A stretch of DNA of 64,000 nucleotides. Source: Octopus vulgaris. Its lineage: Eukaryota. The stretch covers positions 146,816,001 to 146,880,000 of the forward strand of contig OX597814.1 in NCBI GenBank assembly GCA_951406725.2, written 5' to 3'. Under the pieces are notes generated by a model that saw only the letters and a list, made by a program, of their open reading frames with translations, was not told the DNA's origin and did not search any database. The translations under genes were made by a program, and so were the position numbers. Positions 26,100 to 40,600 of this stretch are shown here, one piece after another. How positions within the stretch are numbered: the stretch's first letter is position 1; every line of letters begins with the position of its first letter.

Positions 26100-27300
26100 A
26101 GGATCAACCATTAAATATTCATAAATTTTAAAAAAAGAACCCGTAAAAGTGAATTCGTCCTTGTGATTCAGACTGGAACATTATATCAATAAATGATATT
26201 TAAAATTTTTCACTAAAGTTAGAAATTTCCACAAGTGCAGTGAAACAGAAATGATCCTGCCAATATCTTCTATGTCGATATCTTCTTATTTAACATGACC
26301 GTGTACTGCACATAGTCTCAAGAAAAATTCTTATACTATGGATGTAAACACACTACGTTATTGTGAATAACGTTACCACATCGTAGGATGTATGTAATTT
26401 CTGTGTTACAATTTATCACCGATGAATATCAAGCCGTCAATCATAGCCGCTAAGATCTGGTCCGTCATGGTATTATTAGGAAGTTGCTTGCTAGAATAAA
26501 AAGTTCTTGCTGTTGCCGAAATATATATTCCCCATCACAACTGGTGTTCATTTGAAGAATATTTCGTGTACTAATATCACAGACTAAATATTTTCAATGA
26601 TAGTTTATTTTAATTTTTATTTTATTTCCTACTTCAAAACTACATATCAGGCTTACATACGCCACGAAAACGCATGCCGTATTTGCAAGTGTAAGACTTT
26701 ACAGGTATATATTGTTTTCGGTTCTAATATGAATCATCTGTCTATTGTTCTTAACCCTTGAAATATGATATCGAATCGATAACCCTGATATGGTTTGCGA
26801 AAACAACTTAAGTTCGAGTTGTTATTCCATATTTACAGAACATGAAATATGCTGGTGACATAAAGAATCAGAAAACTGACCAGCTTACAAAACTTGACAT
26901 TTTAAGAGACTTATGTCCTGATTCTGGTGGAGATAGGGCAATTTTGTGAATTTATGTTTTGGGCAGTTAATAATAAGCCTGAAAATAGCCTTCAAATCTA
27001 GCTGACAATTCTTCGAGTATTTGCTCTCTAATGAGATTACTTTCAGACATTGACCGCCCTTCCGCTACCAACTAAATTTACATCTTGACATTTTAAACAA
27101 GCACTATCAGTATCAGGTTTCCATTTTGTGACAGAAGTTCTTATAAGTTTGAGTACTTCCTAAGTGTTTGGAAGAAGATAATTAGAACTACTTTCGAAGT
27201 ATATAGGCTACTGTTGCCAGTAAGAACATCCGAACCGAGTTATACTTGTCTTCAAATCATGTATGCAACTAATTTATATTTGTGCCACCATATAGCAAGA
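26100..27300 (-). mobile_element. Possible very old Tc1/mariner fossil
   Basis: rc traces SGRAV, VFSD-like and GPDLSGYD (cf. SPDLNP.D) occur in the expected order. Confidence 0.3.
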
Positions 27301-28475
27301 TAGCACAATCATTTAATATGCACAGACGCACAAGCGTATACATACACTCACGCAAACACTCACACGCCTTTCATTACAAAACTGTTGCCACAGCTTCGGT
27401 TGCCATGGAAGTACATTCGAAAGTTCTGTAAATATAGTTACCGCCAGAGCATTTAGGAATCATCTATTTACGTTTACGTAACTATAGTGAAATAATTACA
27501 AAAAATTATATATATATACATATATGTGTGTGTGTGTCATTAAAAACCTAAGAGGAAAGTTGGAGATTTATTCACATTCAATATGTTTTATTCAAAAAGT
27601 TTTCTACTGTGTATATAACAATGATCAACATATGGCAGCAACTACACACTGCTCCGTATGCAATTATGCATCCTAGTCGCTGCAATTTCATCAAAGATCA
27701 ATCACTTTCGGCGTTTTCAAAGTGAACTAATTCAATCAAGATTCAGTTGAAGATTATAGCGTTAATTTTTAAATCAAATTTTAATCGCCTCTATTAGTAT
27801 TAAAGTTGAATTGTTGTTTATAAAATGTTCATTCTTATTGCAAGCAACTGTAGCAGTTTTGTTTAACTTATACTGTATAGAGTTCATTATCTGCTCACAG
27901 GTAATTATCTTATGTTTGGGTATATACTCTTTATTAATATTATTGTTGTTATTATTACTAACATTTTTTTAGTATTATTCATAAAAATATGATTATCACA
28001 ATCATTATATTAACCAATGTAATTACTATAGTGGTAATTTATGTTTCTTTAAATCGTTTAAGCGTATATTTCATCGAAGTCGGTATTTCATGGCATGTTC
28101 CTGTCTATAGTATATAATAGTTTATAATAGTATATTTAGAAAAGAGAATTTGGTACACTTCCTCCACAAGGAGGAAATGTACATTTCTATAATGTTTTGA
28201 TTTACTAATAATATCCCACGCAGTCGAAAATAATTTGTATCAATCTTTTTGTGTCCTTTGCTTACTAAGGCTGGTATTATTCATTTTGTCCAAATTTCTA
28301 AATGAATTTAAATGACGGGCAATTTTCCGCTTAATATAACATGAGCGAGATCCTATATATATATTCATATGCGTATATTTAATTTAATTATGTATACATG
28401 CGTGATTGAGTGATTGCATTCGCATATAATTCTAAACATTTGAATGAATTTATTATATAGTCATTATATTGTAAT

Positions 28476-28575
28476 AGGTGCAGGCGTGGCTAGGTGGTAA
28501 GAAATTTGCTTCCTACCTACAAGTTTCTGGGTTCAATTGCACTGCGTGGTACATTAGGCAACATTATCCATTATA
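28476..28575 (+). mobile_element. Family-A SINE head fragment
   Basis: AGGTGCAGGCGTGGCTAGGTGGTAAG...GGGTTCAATTGCACTGCGTGGTAC. Confidence 0.75.
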
Positions 28576-29367
28576 ATACGTGTATTTGTAGATTAGTAAC
28601 TTTTCACTCGTAGAAAAATTACAGATATAATATTCAAACATGTCTCTTCATAAGGCAAAACATTTTCTCGTGGATAGGCGGGACCTAAGAGGAAATGCAG
28701 ATAAATTAGTGATTATAATCTGGTACCTAGTGTAATTTTAGCTAAGAGGTCGGTTGCTATCTTTTCATGAGGGTAAATAGGTAAATATCAACAGGTTAAT
28801 AGAACTCAGTGTCAATATGACAGTTATTGAATTGAGTCAAGATGGTGCAAAGCAGAGTACATCACCTCATCGTAGTGACAGGAATAGGTTTAAAGTTAAT
28901 TAGGAGTCAGAATGCTGTAAGTGGATGAGGTTGTGTCTGTTGCCTTTGTTTTATTTATCGGGCGGTGTAGGGAGTTAGTGGTGAGGGAAATCTAGGTTAG
29001 CGCTTGTCAAGTAGACGTATGTTAGCCAGGTAGTCGGCCAAGTTACAGGCTGTTTATGATTTTTTCAAAATAAAGTTATCTCATTACAAAAATTTTTTTA
29101 ACTTACTGCTTCAGTTGGAATGCAATAGTGAATCGTAAAGCGTACAGTGATGATAAAACGGTCATAGTACATTCTCTCTGCACTCCTGTGCTTTCTTTAC
29201 GCTTGTAGATCGGGTGGTATCTACGAAGAAGGTAAGGCAAATAGTCTCTGGCACTTCACAATATGTATGTTTCCATGTTCTATATATTCTATAGATGTTA
29301 TAGCTGCATCTGTATTTGTGATTATTGCATACCACTGGAAGACAATACGAGGAATGTTATTTTAATA

Positions 29368-29567
29368 ATGGTTTCAAATTTTGGCAGGACATCTGCAATT
29401 TTTCAAATCGATGCATCGACCTCCCAGTGTTCAACTAGTACTTATCGACCCTAAAAGTATGAGAGGAAAAATCTACGTAGGCGGAATTTGAACTCATAGC
29501 ATAAAGATGGACGAAATGCCGCTAAGCATTCTTTTGTGCCCAGCGTGGTAACAATTCTGCCAGCTCG
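29368..29567 (-). mobile_element. SINE family B, diverged
   Basis: Matches 61010-61166 (ggcggaatttgaactc, cgaaatgccgctaagcatt, attctgccagctcg). Confidence 0.75.
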
Positions 29568-30329
29568 AAACGAACAATTTAGCTATATCTATAAAAGAGT
29601 CCTTAGACGAAAATTGTATGCACATTTTGGTTTGACGCTTAATGGCGGCCAAACCGAAGCTAGGATCGAGTTGAAAATTGGCAGGGATACTAAATGTGTG
29701 GTGAGGATGAGATCCGCGATAGTTAAAATTCGCAAGCTATAAAGATGTAGTTGCTATGGCAAAAAGAGTGATTTTGTATCGATTCAAGGGGAGCCCAGAG
29801 CCCCTCTAGGTTTGTGTAATTGGCTGTTAATGCCCAGTGGCATGCACTGCAGGCTCTTGTGCTTAATAAACATAATTTTGTCTCGAAATTCCTGCTACTA
29901 GGAAACGATTTTTTATTGTGAAAAAACGAGTGCTTTTTGCCCTCATTTTCTTTTTAATCTTTTTATAAAAGTGAAAGGATTTCGTCTATTTATTTCTGCT
30001 GTCCACTTACGACGGTGATTCAGTTGACTAAAAAAACTACGTATACGTGATGAATATCAACATATTGAAACTGCATTAAACTTTGGCAAGCTTACCTTTA
30101 CCTATTCTGAGTTACTTGAAAGGTGATGTTCCCTTCCCTCTCTTCTGATTGTTGATACCTTTTTTTTTTACCTTTGATACAGTTGTTTCACTTTAAGGAT
30201 GCTTCTTTACCCAGCCATTATGATATATCGACTGCTGTCCATTGTTTCAATGTGTGTTAGATAATAAGGCATTAAGACAAAAATGACACTCGTCAGACAC
30301 AGACACAGCACAATAATAACAATACCTAA

Positions 30330-30440
30330 AATTTAGCGGGGAGACATTAGTTGATCAAATCAACCTCAGTGTTCAAATGGCTTCTATTTCATTCACCCCG
30401 AAAGGAAGAAAGGCAAAATTGACCAGGGTGGAATTTGAAC
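30330..30440 (-). mobile_element. SINE family B internal fragment
   Basis: caccccgaaaggaagaaaggcaaaattgaccagggtggaatttgaac. Confidence 0.65.
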
Positions 30441-30692
30441 AATCATGATAATAATAATGAGAAGGTTACAATTTGGATACATATTCCTTAAAGCATAGCT
30501 AAACAACAACGATTAACGTAGAAGTTGTCGCACAAAGTAATGTCCACTTGGTTGCTGGGTCTTTAAGAAATAGCAACCAAAACCTCCCTCAAATAACACC
30601 TCATTGGGATAATTCTCAAACAGTATGTTGTAAAAGTTATTTGCAAAATAGTAAATTCCGATAGCGCAAGCATAGTACTCTAAACAAATTTC

Positions 30693-31819
30693 GGCTCTAC
30701 TTAAATACGGAGGTCCCAATGCATCAACGTAACGATATGTTTTTACAGTGCATACTAGTTAGGGTTAATTTTTAGGGTTAGTTTTAGGGTTAGGATTTAG
30801 GCTTTAAGGTCATGGTTCCCAATCGATTTTTGGCCATGTCCCACCGAATCATTTCTAAAATCCAGATGTCCCCTTGTGATATTTAACTTTTGTTAGTCAA
30901 AATTTGGTTAATGTTTACAATATTACCCGGAAAGAAAAAATAGTGCAGCCGGAAGTCGTTGTTGACAAACAATAGCAGTAATTTTATTGATTGGTTGAAA
31001 TTACCGAAATGCGACAAATTTAACAAAAATAACTTCCAAAATACAGAATTTTGTTAACAACGCCTAGAGTAAAAGATGTTTTATGTGATACATTCTACCA
31101 GTATGCGAAGTTTGAAAGTGTTTAGTTCCAAAAAAATATTTTTTTAAATCTGTCGGTCTAAAGGTAAAGATCCGATATCTAAAGATCTCTATCTCTATCT
31201 ATCTATATATCTTTCTTCCTTTCTTTCTTTCTTTCTTTCTTTCTATATATCTATCTATATATATATCTATCTGTGTGTCTGTCTCTCTTTTTCTACCTCT
31301 TTTTCTTCCTTCACTGACGCTGCCTCTTACTTCCACTCCATTTCAAACCATTCAATTCTTTTATCCCTCAATGGCGCCAGAGATAAAAGAGATAATACTC
31401 TTAGAAACACGAGCATACATAAGTCTGTCTCCAGTTTATTTCTCTATAGGTAATTCAGATGGCATTGCTTTCAGTACTGACCAAATTACCTACATGTTTT
31501 CACATACCACTAAATCGAAGAGTGTGACATCAGATCTGTAACAACAGGTCGTTTTCAAGAAGCTAAAAACGATCTGTTGTCTCTAAAATGTCCAAAATTT
31601 GATAAAATTGTTCACAGAAGGGATATAAAGAATGTTTTTTTAATAACCCATTCTTGATTTGCCCCATTTCTCTATTGGTGTACTAAACATTGTGTACAAA
31701 AGGTATAAAAATTCAGTATAACCCTACGCATGCCCCACGTTGGGAATCACGGGTTTCAGGTTAGGGGTTGGGGTTAGGGTTATACTGATGCGTCGAGACC
31801 TCTATATTTAAGTAGTACC
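30693..31819. mobile_element. MITE with about 34-bp TIRs and an internal TTAGGG-like tract, interrupted by nested insertions
   Basis: Left GGCTCTACTTAAATACGGAGGTCCCAATGCATCA versus right rc GGTACTACTTAAATATAGAGGTCTCGACGCATCA. AAATTT lies on both flanks. TTAGGG variants at 30757-30800 and 31759-31782. Confidence 0.75.
30810..31752. mobile_element. hAT-type non-autonomous element
   Basis: Termini TCATGGTTCCCAA / TTGGGAATCACGG resemble CAGTGGTTCCCAA hAT TIRs. The 8-bp flanks CTTTAAGG / GTTTCAGG match at 6 of 8 positions. Confidence 0.6.
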
Positions 31820-32250
31820 AAATTTCTATGTGTTTTGCCTCATAAGAACTCCGAAAAACGTGAAACGTGAAGAGATTGGGTGGGATGGGGTATAACTGAA
31901 ATTTTGAAATGCCGATTTTTGCCAAGGGTATAGGGTGGTGTCGAGTTGGAGAAAAAGAGGTTATCTCTTTATTATAGGCACAAGGCCTGATATATATAGA
32001 AGGGATATACAACGGACATGCGGGGACATAAAGACGGTTGAAAAATGATAAATGAGATTAACATAAATATGATGCGAATGAGACAGCCGCCTCGCTCCCC
32101 CCGCAAGATGAACCGTGAATACCTTTACAATTAGACTTTACGATTAAATATCCTTTTAAACTTTACAATTAACTTAATAATTAGACTTTACACTTAACTT
32201 TAAAACTACCTCTAGTATTTTATAAAACTGATTTCAAATTCTTTTTTTTT

Positions 32251-32470
32251 TAAGGCGGCGAGCTGATAGAATCAATAGCACACCAAGGAGAAGACTTGAC
32301 GGCAGTTCGTGCAGCTGTAGGTTTTGAGTTCAAATTCTGCTGAGGACGACTTTGCCTTTCATCATTTTGTGGGTGGTAAATTAAGTGCCAGTTGATCACT
32401 GGGGCTAATATGATTGACTTTACACGCCCTTTGAAATTGGTGGTGTTGGGCTAAAATGTGAAACTAATAT
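32251..32470 (+). mobile_element. SINE family B, diverged monomeric copy
   Basis: AAGGCGGCGAGCTGATAGAATC...GAGTTCAAATTC...GACTTTGCCTTTCATC...AAATTAAGTGCCAG. Confidence 0.82.
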
Positions 32471-33339
32471 TAAACTTCTGACATGCAAGAAGCGCGATCG
32501 CTAGCCTTTCTGCAAATAACTGCTGCATCTCAATCAGAACCTCAGCCTCCTTCTAATAGCAATGCTGCTACTACTACAACTACTACTAACTATTGGCTGG
32601 TGTTAAATTTCCTATTCATGATGTGTGGCGAGGTGCAGCACGATGCAAATATAAGCGACAGATGTTTCCAAATTACGCTCAGTTAAGTTAAAATGTTTAT
32701 TTAGTAAAACGATGGTTTGTTGTTGGTACCTTCACTACACAGATATTTAAGAAATATTTTGGGGAAAATTTCCATTTTATATTTACTTAATGCAATAAAG
32801 CTTATGCAATTTCTCAATTCTCCAGTTGAACGTAAAGTTTGGATGGGATAACAAGAGCAAAAATATGTTGGAATTAGCTTAATAATTATATAATATCTCG
32901 TCGGAGAAAATATCTGAAAAAATGCAATGCAATTAAAAATAGAGTAATTAGTGATGTTATTAGAACGAGCATAAGCAGTATTATAATTTATTTTATTTTA
33001 TTTTATTCTTTTTTTATTTCAGTGGTGAATTTAGTTTGGCAAATTGAGATGATGGTACTGCTGCTCTTATTGAATGAACGATTCTTTGCTTTAGATTTTT
33101 GTACTTTATTTTTTAAATAGTACACCAGAGATATAATTGATTGCGCTTCTGTATTGGTAACCATAAATTACTTTTGTTTGAGATAAATATTTGATTTCGG
33201 GAAGCATTAATGATTTGTATTTGTAATTATAATGAAAATGCTTTTTTTCTTCCTTTTTACTCTCCGTTGATATTATAGTCGTGTTGTTATAGTTGTGAGA
33301 TATAGAGATATTGTACGTTTGTATTGTGGTTAAAGTAGC

Positions 33340-33680
33340 TTATCTTGCGCTAATGTTAAGGGAGGGAGAATTTATGTTTCATAAAGTTCCTCATTATAGA
33401 TATTTTTCTGGCTTTTGCTTTAGATATTTAGTTTTCTGTTTTCTAATTATCTTCTCTTTTTTGGTTATTTTATTTTTAGGCAGATTTGAAAGGAAATCTA
33501 TAAAATATTGTTATCTTCACCTTATGTTTCAGTTAATTATTTTTTTATATGGCTTTTTTTGTGGCTTTCATTTTCATTTCGGCTCTTTCATCCGCTTCTG
33601 CGGTTTGAATATCCTTGATAATACTGTTACTGATAATCACTGTCCAGATGAAAGGCTTAGGCATATCAATATTTATTTTA
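33340..33680 (-). mobile_element. Possible decayed Penelope GIY-YIG C-terminal remnant
   Basis: rc traces RMKE, KAI, EDNNIL; weak. Confidence 0.25.
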
Positions 33681-34479
33681 TTGCTTTTTCCCCTTTTTAA
33701 ATTCATCTTTCACGTTTGAATTGGTAGTAGATATAAACAATATCAGCCTCCTAGTCAATACGGACCGGATAAAAGCTAAATGGTTCATCCATAAAAACTC
33801 ATAAATACAGAGCTGAAGGAACATGATGCAAAGATAATCGAAAAATATTCTAATCAACCATCTATGATAAGAAGGCTGAAATGGAAAAAAAGTTGATTTA
33901 GCTCTTAGATCCGTGTTAGCTTTCAGCTTTTGACTATCTCTTAGGTTTTAGTTTTCATTTACACAACACACGCTCTGATATGGATAATCTAGTTTAGGCA
34001 TTTGTCATATTCTGGTTCTCTGCTTTCATTTTATTTTACATTAAAGTATTTCCTAGTATATATTGTATTCATTACATTTCTTTTGCATTTGCAAGGAATG
34101 ATATTTCTTTAAATATTACTTGTTTTATAGTATACTATTTCATGATAGTGTACGCAACATTTAGATTAATATACCACGAAAGAAAGTACAGCAATTCATA
34201 GTTTCATGATATGTGCAAGTGTAAAATAATATCACTTTGATCTTCAAGGTAGCTATCTTTTATCTACACGAAAATCAAGCTTACACTATTACAGGCATTC
34301 AAATAAGTACACATGTGATCTAAATTTTGAAATGCTTAAAAAGCATGCATTATCTCTGAGCGACGAAAATACATTCAAATAGTCACTCTTGCTCTTTCTT
34401 TCTCCCTCTCCCTCTTCCTCACACACACACACACACATATATAATCGTCCCTAAATATGACTAGGGTATTAGAAACAGC

Positions 34480-35150
34480 TATATTGCTAGAAATAACAGT
34501 TAAAACACTCTAATGTTGTAGTCAAACCACATTATGGTATACATATATACGAAAATACTGATCGAAAATTCCCTATACCGACCGGTCAGTTTCTGCAATT
34601 TTTGTTGCCTCATCAGAAGGAGAGCTCGAATTCAAGTGATTCCGGACATAATTCTCTGGGTATATATGTTTTCACCATAAAAGTCTATGGTTGGTTCAGC
34701 GAATCGCTAATGTATACAGTGGTTTGAATTACTGAACCATATTACAAACAATGGAAGTACAACAAAATGCATGGTGTCAATTATTACTCAATCAATCAAT
34801 CAAACAAGCAAACAATCAAAAGAGTTTCATTCACGCGGTTGCAATACAGATAACGTTGTCAGTGCATCCAAACACTTGCTATTTCGTATCAAGTTTCATG
34901 TTGCGTCACATCCTAACGAGGAATTCCTCTTTCACATGGAAGGCACGGATGAAAATGTACGATACATAGGGTATTAGTCGCAGAAGTTATGCTCACTGAA
35001 CGTATCATCTGAGTGTAATAAGTTATTTTGATTTCTGCTGCTTGAGAAACTTAGCGAACAGAACATTAACAGTTTCGTTGGTTTGGAGAAAGCAGCTTCT
35101 ACAAATGCAGTCAGGTAGTTCTTTGGAGCTAACAACGCTTGTTGATCATG
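34480..35150 (-). mobile_element. Decayed Penelope-like 3' fragment
   Basis: rc traces PKNYLTAFVEAAF (cf. PKNL..L.RA.F) and GCDAT*NLI...KC lie upstream of a hammerhead. Confidence 0.5.
34571..34620 (-). ncRNA. Minimal type I hammerhead ribozyme, slightly degenerate
   Basis: rc: CCTT-CTGATGA-GGCAA..TTGCA-GAAA-CTGACCGGTCGG-TA^TAGG. Core intact and stem III near-palindromic; the closing pairs of stems I and II are mismatched. Confidence 0.65.
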
Positions 35151-36558
35151 AAAAATGTATTTGAATTAAATTAGGCATGTTTCTGAAGTATGAATATACT
35201 TGATAAACAAACGCATATATGCATAAGGACATAAACTTGCACACATATGCACACGCACACACATATCCTCGTCATCAAACGATCGCACATACAGGCACTT
35301 AGGTATATATTCAATGTAACGTAATGGCCACAGTAAATGCATGCAAGTGAATAATATAATAACACTTGATCATTTGAACCTTATGTTTCATTAACATTAA
35401 AGATCAAATAGCTGCTACTCTTTGAAACATTTCTTATTACAGTGTTTAATGATTTGTGAATAAATCAAAGACTTAACCAAATGATTCCACCACCATCAGC
35501 AACATTAATATTAAGGAAATATACGAATCTTTCGATAATGCATTTGCAGTCGTCAACATACGGTATACTTGTAACGTTAATATTGTAGTCGTGATGTCAT
35601 TTAAATTATTGTTATAGGATGTTCACTGTAGCAAAGCTACAGGCTTGCCGTTCTGTGTAAACGTATTGTCAACTAAAATGCACACGAGACTATCCAGCCT
35701 GTTTTGATTATCTTGTACCGAATTATATTGTTTAAGATTTTAAGACGGAAGAATGTGATTTGGGGGATAGTAGTTGTATTTTCAGCAGTTCAATCGAAAT
35801 GGTGGAGGCTCCCCCTGTATGTTATACCACTTTCTTGTAAAAAGTCGTAAAACGCATCACGTATGCATAGTCATTAAATCTATACTAATTGGCTAGTTAA
35901 AAGGACGCGTTTTATTAGCTTGTATAGTGTGTTCTAACCACAAACTATTTACTTGAAAATCAGACATCACTTTCCAGGAAACTTATTACATGTATGTATG
36001 TATGTATGTATGTATGTATGTATGTATGTATGTATGTATGTATGTGCGCGAGTATGTGTGCGTGCCTTTGTGTTGCGTGTGGTGTACGTAGTTATGATAA
36101 CATAGGTAAATGTTATGCACTAGTTTAAATTATTGTTTGTGCATCACGTAGTAATGCTTCGCATTGACTCTGACTGGCAAGATATTCAGACCGTGATATA
36201 TATATATATATATATATACACTTATATACATATATACATATACATATACATATATATGTATTTGTAGGTATGTATATATATATATATATGATGTGATATA
36301 ACGTAATATATATTAAACAATTTGATATAATACGATATAATACAACATAATATAGTATGGTATAATATAATGTACGTTTGAATGTTGAGATAATATCCAT
36401 TATAGACCCCACTGCATAGATACTCTCTCACACACACACACGTATATAAGCCTGGATGTTGAAGTAACATCATTCTATTACTAACAAGATTATGGAAGAG
36501 GCGTAAACGGAATGAATGGATTAGATATTCGTCCTCTCACCTCATTTCTATTATTTGT

Positions 36559-36597
<39 letters not shown>

Positions 36598-37084
36598 ATC
36601 GCACTTGTGCCCTGTTTGGAACTGGGTCTTACAATCAATTTGTATTTATGTCTCTAATTAACCGTTACTCTGTAAAACTAAACGGATTTAATATCCTGTG
36701 ACATAAGGGTTGGAATTCTTTACGCAACGTTTCCATTATAATTTAAGTTAATATTCTGATATAGCTTTAAGTGAATATCTGAATTGCATTCACACGAATA
36801 TTCACATATATAATTTTTGCCCTTTGAGGTTCAGCCAGAAAACAAACAAAACAAAATAGACATGATTTGCTTAAACTACCGTAATATCTCTGTGCAATGC
36901 GAAGAAGTGTAGTAGATAAAATTTTCAATCTAAAATTTGTAGTAGATTCAATATTTTGAGACTACAGCATTCCAGCATTCACATTATTCGAGGACTTGGA
37001 AATTTTCAATATATTCCAATATATTCAACATATTCCAATAATCCAATATTTATATGTAATTTGCTTTTGGCTTTCCTCTATCTC

Positions 37085-37330
37085 TTATTTTAGGTAGAGT
37101 TCTTATTTCCATCTGGCACAGCAACAAAGCTGGAACTTTGCCAGATGAGTGACGGTAATGAGTCTCACCATGATAAATTACATATTAATTTTGTTAGTGA
37201 TGTTGTTGATATTGTCGTTGAACCAGAGATTATTTTTTCCGAGGGAATCGGTGCCAGCCATAATCCCCGTAGTCACTGTAGTGCTAGCACGGAATATAAA
37301 GATACGCAGTAGTGTTGGTTATGATGTTCT
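37085..37330 (-). mobile_element. Possible Penelope RT-thumb remnant with an Asn-rich stretch
   Basis: rc gives a KNNLWFN motif (cf. IIWFNPP) flanked by N-rich codons, similar to the 4860-5070 region. Confidence 0.35.
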
Positions 37331-37609
37331 CAGTTATTGTGCTGAATCATGTATGGAATTTAATATTCTACTAGGATATTTCTTTTTTTTTTTATCATTT
37401 TTAATAATGAAGAATAATTTATGTTGAATCGTTTAGTGATCAAGTATTGGCACGCCAAAAAAGCGGTCAGAGCGGAATTCCTATGTTAATGTGGTATAAA
37501 GTAAAAATTATTAAAATGATCCGTGAAAAATAAATTATTTTATTAATAATAAAATATTATGCAATGTGTGATTTGGTGTTGGAAGGAAAAACATGTACAA
37601 GAGACCGAG

Positions 37610-37659
<50 letters not shown>

Positions 37660-40600
37660 TGTGTGTGTGTATGTATATATTTATATATATATATATAAAT
37701 ATGTTTTTCTTGTGTACGTATATACATATACTGTGTGTATGTATGTATATATACGTATGTATGCATGTATAAATAAACAAGTAATATATAAAAGTAGATA
37801 GAAAGGATTCAAAGAGATCAATAAAAATATTAGTGAATAAATGTGTAAATAATTAGATAAACCACAAATATAATACGAAATGTTTTCCGATACCGTTTTT
37901 CAAACATTCTTCTATAAAACGGTGGTTTCGTGCAAAAAGCGTTGCGTTATGAGAATGCATTGACGGAATAGGTATCATGAAAAAAGAATCAAAATATAAG
38001 GAAACGTATGCGGCACATCTCTTTAAATATATCAAACATCATTAATGCGGGGTTTCCATAAAAGATTTTTCTCTTATGTTCATGTATTCTTTTTTTTTTT
38101 GGTGTTATCCAAAACATATTTATATAGCTATAGACAGATTAAACATGGAATCCGTGCTTACATTAAGATATAACCGGTTGACATAATGAGTGTGTTACAC
38201 CTTTTACTGAGGACAATGACACATATCTTCAAAGAAAATCCGTATGGTTTGCTTTCGTATTCTCCCATCAATGAGACTTCATAATTAATAAAGTTATGTG
38301 CCTGTTATGTGAAAATTTCCTGTTACTCATCTACAGAGGGGTTGAAAATGGTAAATTCTTATGAGAACAAAGGATATTTAATATTGCATGCAATATTTCG
38401 ATAGCTGTTTTATCACATTCATTTCCAACATTTTTTTTTCTTTTGATTTGATTTTGTCTATCCTTTTATTGTTTTCTTGTTTCGTGTTTACTTAGGCTTA
38501 TTTGAATATGCGTAATCCTATATCCTGAGATGAACCAGATTAACAAATAAGTTCATCAATTATTAAAGCCATAAGTGTACGTGTTGTATATGCAACTGTG
38601 TGTATACACACACATTTCGCACATACAAAAGTATACATACAAAAACAAACACACGCACTTATGTATACACTTTCCCCGTACAGATGAATATATATATATA
38701 TATATATATATATGTATACGCCTGTGCCTATGCATACGTGATCTGACATATCCCGTATAAATCTGTGCTTGTAGTTCAATCAGAGACTATTTGTTTCTTT
38801 TATATTCATTTCTATGCTTAGCTTATATATGTATATGTATACACACACATATATTATGTATATTATAGAAGTATATTAAATATATAATGATATTCTTTGT
38901 GTAAACAAGACAGCTATTCATGTGTCATGCAATGATCATATTTTGGCAAGCCAAACATGAAAACATATCAATATCAGCTTATTAAAAATACATGCTCATT
39001 ATTAGTAAGGATGATATCTCAGCCGGTCATTACTTCTAAGAGGATGTTTGAATAAATCAAATTTCACAAAGGGACATGGGAAAATCTCGAGAGATCACAG
39101 AGAATCAAGAATTAAATTTTTTTCCTCTTTCATCTATAGAATCCCTAATATTATCACTAGGGTGTTTCCTGTTCTGAAGTATCTAACGTAAATCTCTTTT
39201 GTTGAATCAATGAACATCTGATCATTTTCTAACCATACTGTGTGTGCCTACTCGTAATTATATGGGAAGAGGCTGTTATGATTGAAGCGATGCATGGGAA
39301 ACCGTGCGCTAGTAGCTGATGCGATTCCTCCAATTCGTTAAGATATTAACAAATTCTTAGGGAGTTAATTAATTATTTATGCATAGAACACAAGAATATT
39401 TTCTTTTATATTTTGTTTTAGCTTCATTTTCTAAAGTGCGATTGTACAAGTAATATTATGATATTGATTATAAAGTAATATTTTCGAACGCAGGTAAAAA
39501 CAAAAGGAGAGGAAGATCGAGTTGCATTTCAAGGTTTAGTACTATTTTTCGTAACATAATAAAAGTTGTTACAAGAATTAATAAATATAGGAGTGAAAGA
39601 ATTAACGTAAAATAAAGGAAGATTATAACTGTGTATGTAATAAATAAGATTCGTCACACTTTTGCAAGTTAAATAAAACTATGGATAAAATCCCATGTAC
39701 AAATGTCTGTGAAATACTCGAAGACTTGAACATTAATACTGTAATTATTTGATAAAAGAACTAAAATATATATCTCTGTAGACAATGGAACATTCACGAA
39801 GCCTTGTGCACAATCATTTTTTTCCTTTTGTCTCTGGTATTTTTCATATAATCAGTATGTTATTAGTGATTGAACTTCACCGCACAAATCGTTGAGTGCT
39901 TGACCGTACGCGCGTTCACGTCGCCCTTCAGAATTTTGGCTCATAAATGCATATGTTATATAGATGTTCAGCTATACAGATTTGCGAGTGCCAATAAAAT
40001 GTGACGTGAATTTCTGATTTATTCGAAGGAAAATGAGATGATTTCAAGCATGGATTTATTTTGAAATAACCAAAGTCAAATGGACCAGTACGTACAACCA
40101 ATTATTTATTATGTAAGGAGCTCATTTGTAAGAAAGGCTATTTCCTTGCATTTCTGGTAATCTTACTTGAAGTGTATATTTATAACCCACCAGATATCAA
40201 AATATAAACTTACCTCCCGAGTAGTCACTGATTAATATCCCATTGTGATATGTGTCTGGTACTTAAATATGAGTATATAAGTAACGAATCTATTACATGT
40301 CATACTTCTAACGGTTAACAAATTGTTCGCTTTTAGACATAGATTAAACCTGATCCAGATATACGAGCAATTATTTTATCCCTTTGTTAATTAACAAATG
40401 CCTACGACAGCAATAACTATTAAGCAATTTCCTTCCGATGATGAGAAGTGAAATATTTTTAGTCATTTTTCTTGTTATTTCTTTCAAGCAAAACGAACTA
40501 CGTTATTTAAAATCGTAATTCTTGATATTAATGTTGTTTAGACCTCGACCGGCTCTGGTGGCAGATTTTGGGTAAATATATCTGGCTGTACTGCTCAGTG

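Noticed and set aside
30235-30300. Minus-strand CTGACGA...GAAA hammerhead candidate
   Set aside because: No UH cleavage site after stem III, and stem II is out of register.
30757-31782. TTAGGG repeats as a telomere or chromosome-fusion relic
   Set aside because: Only a few degenerate units, and they are enclosed by MITE TIRs.
32483-32686. 67-aa ORF MQEARS...
   Set aside because: No recognisable domain; includes a (CTA)n low-complexity run; no supporting gene structure.
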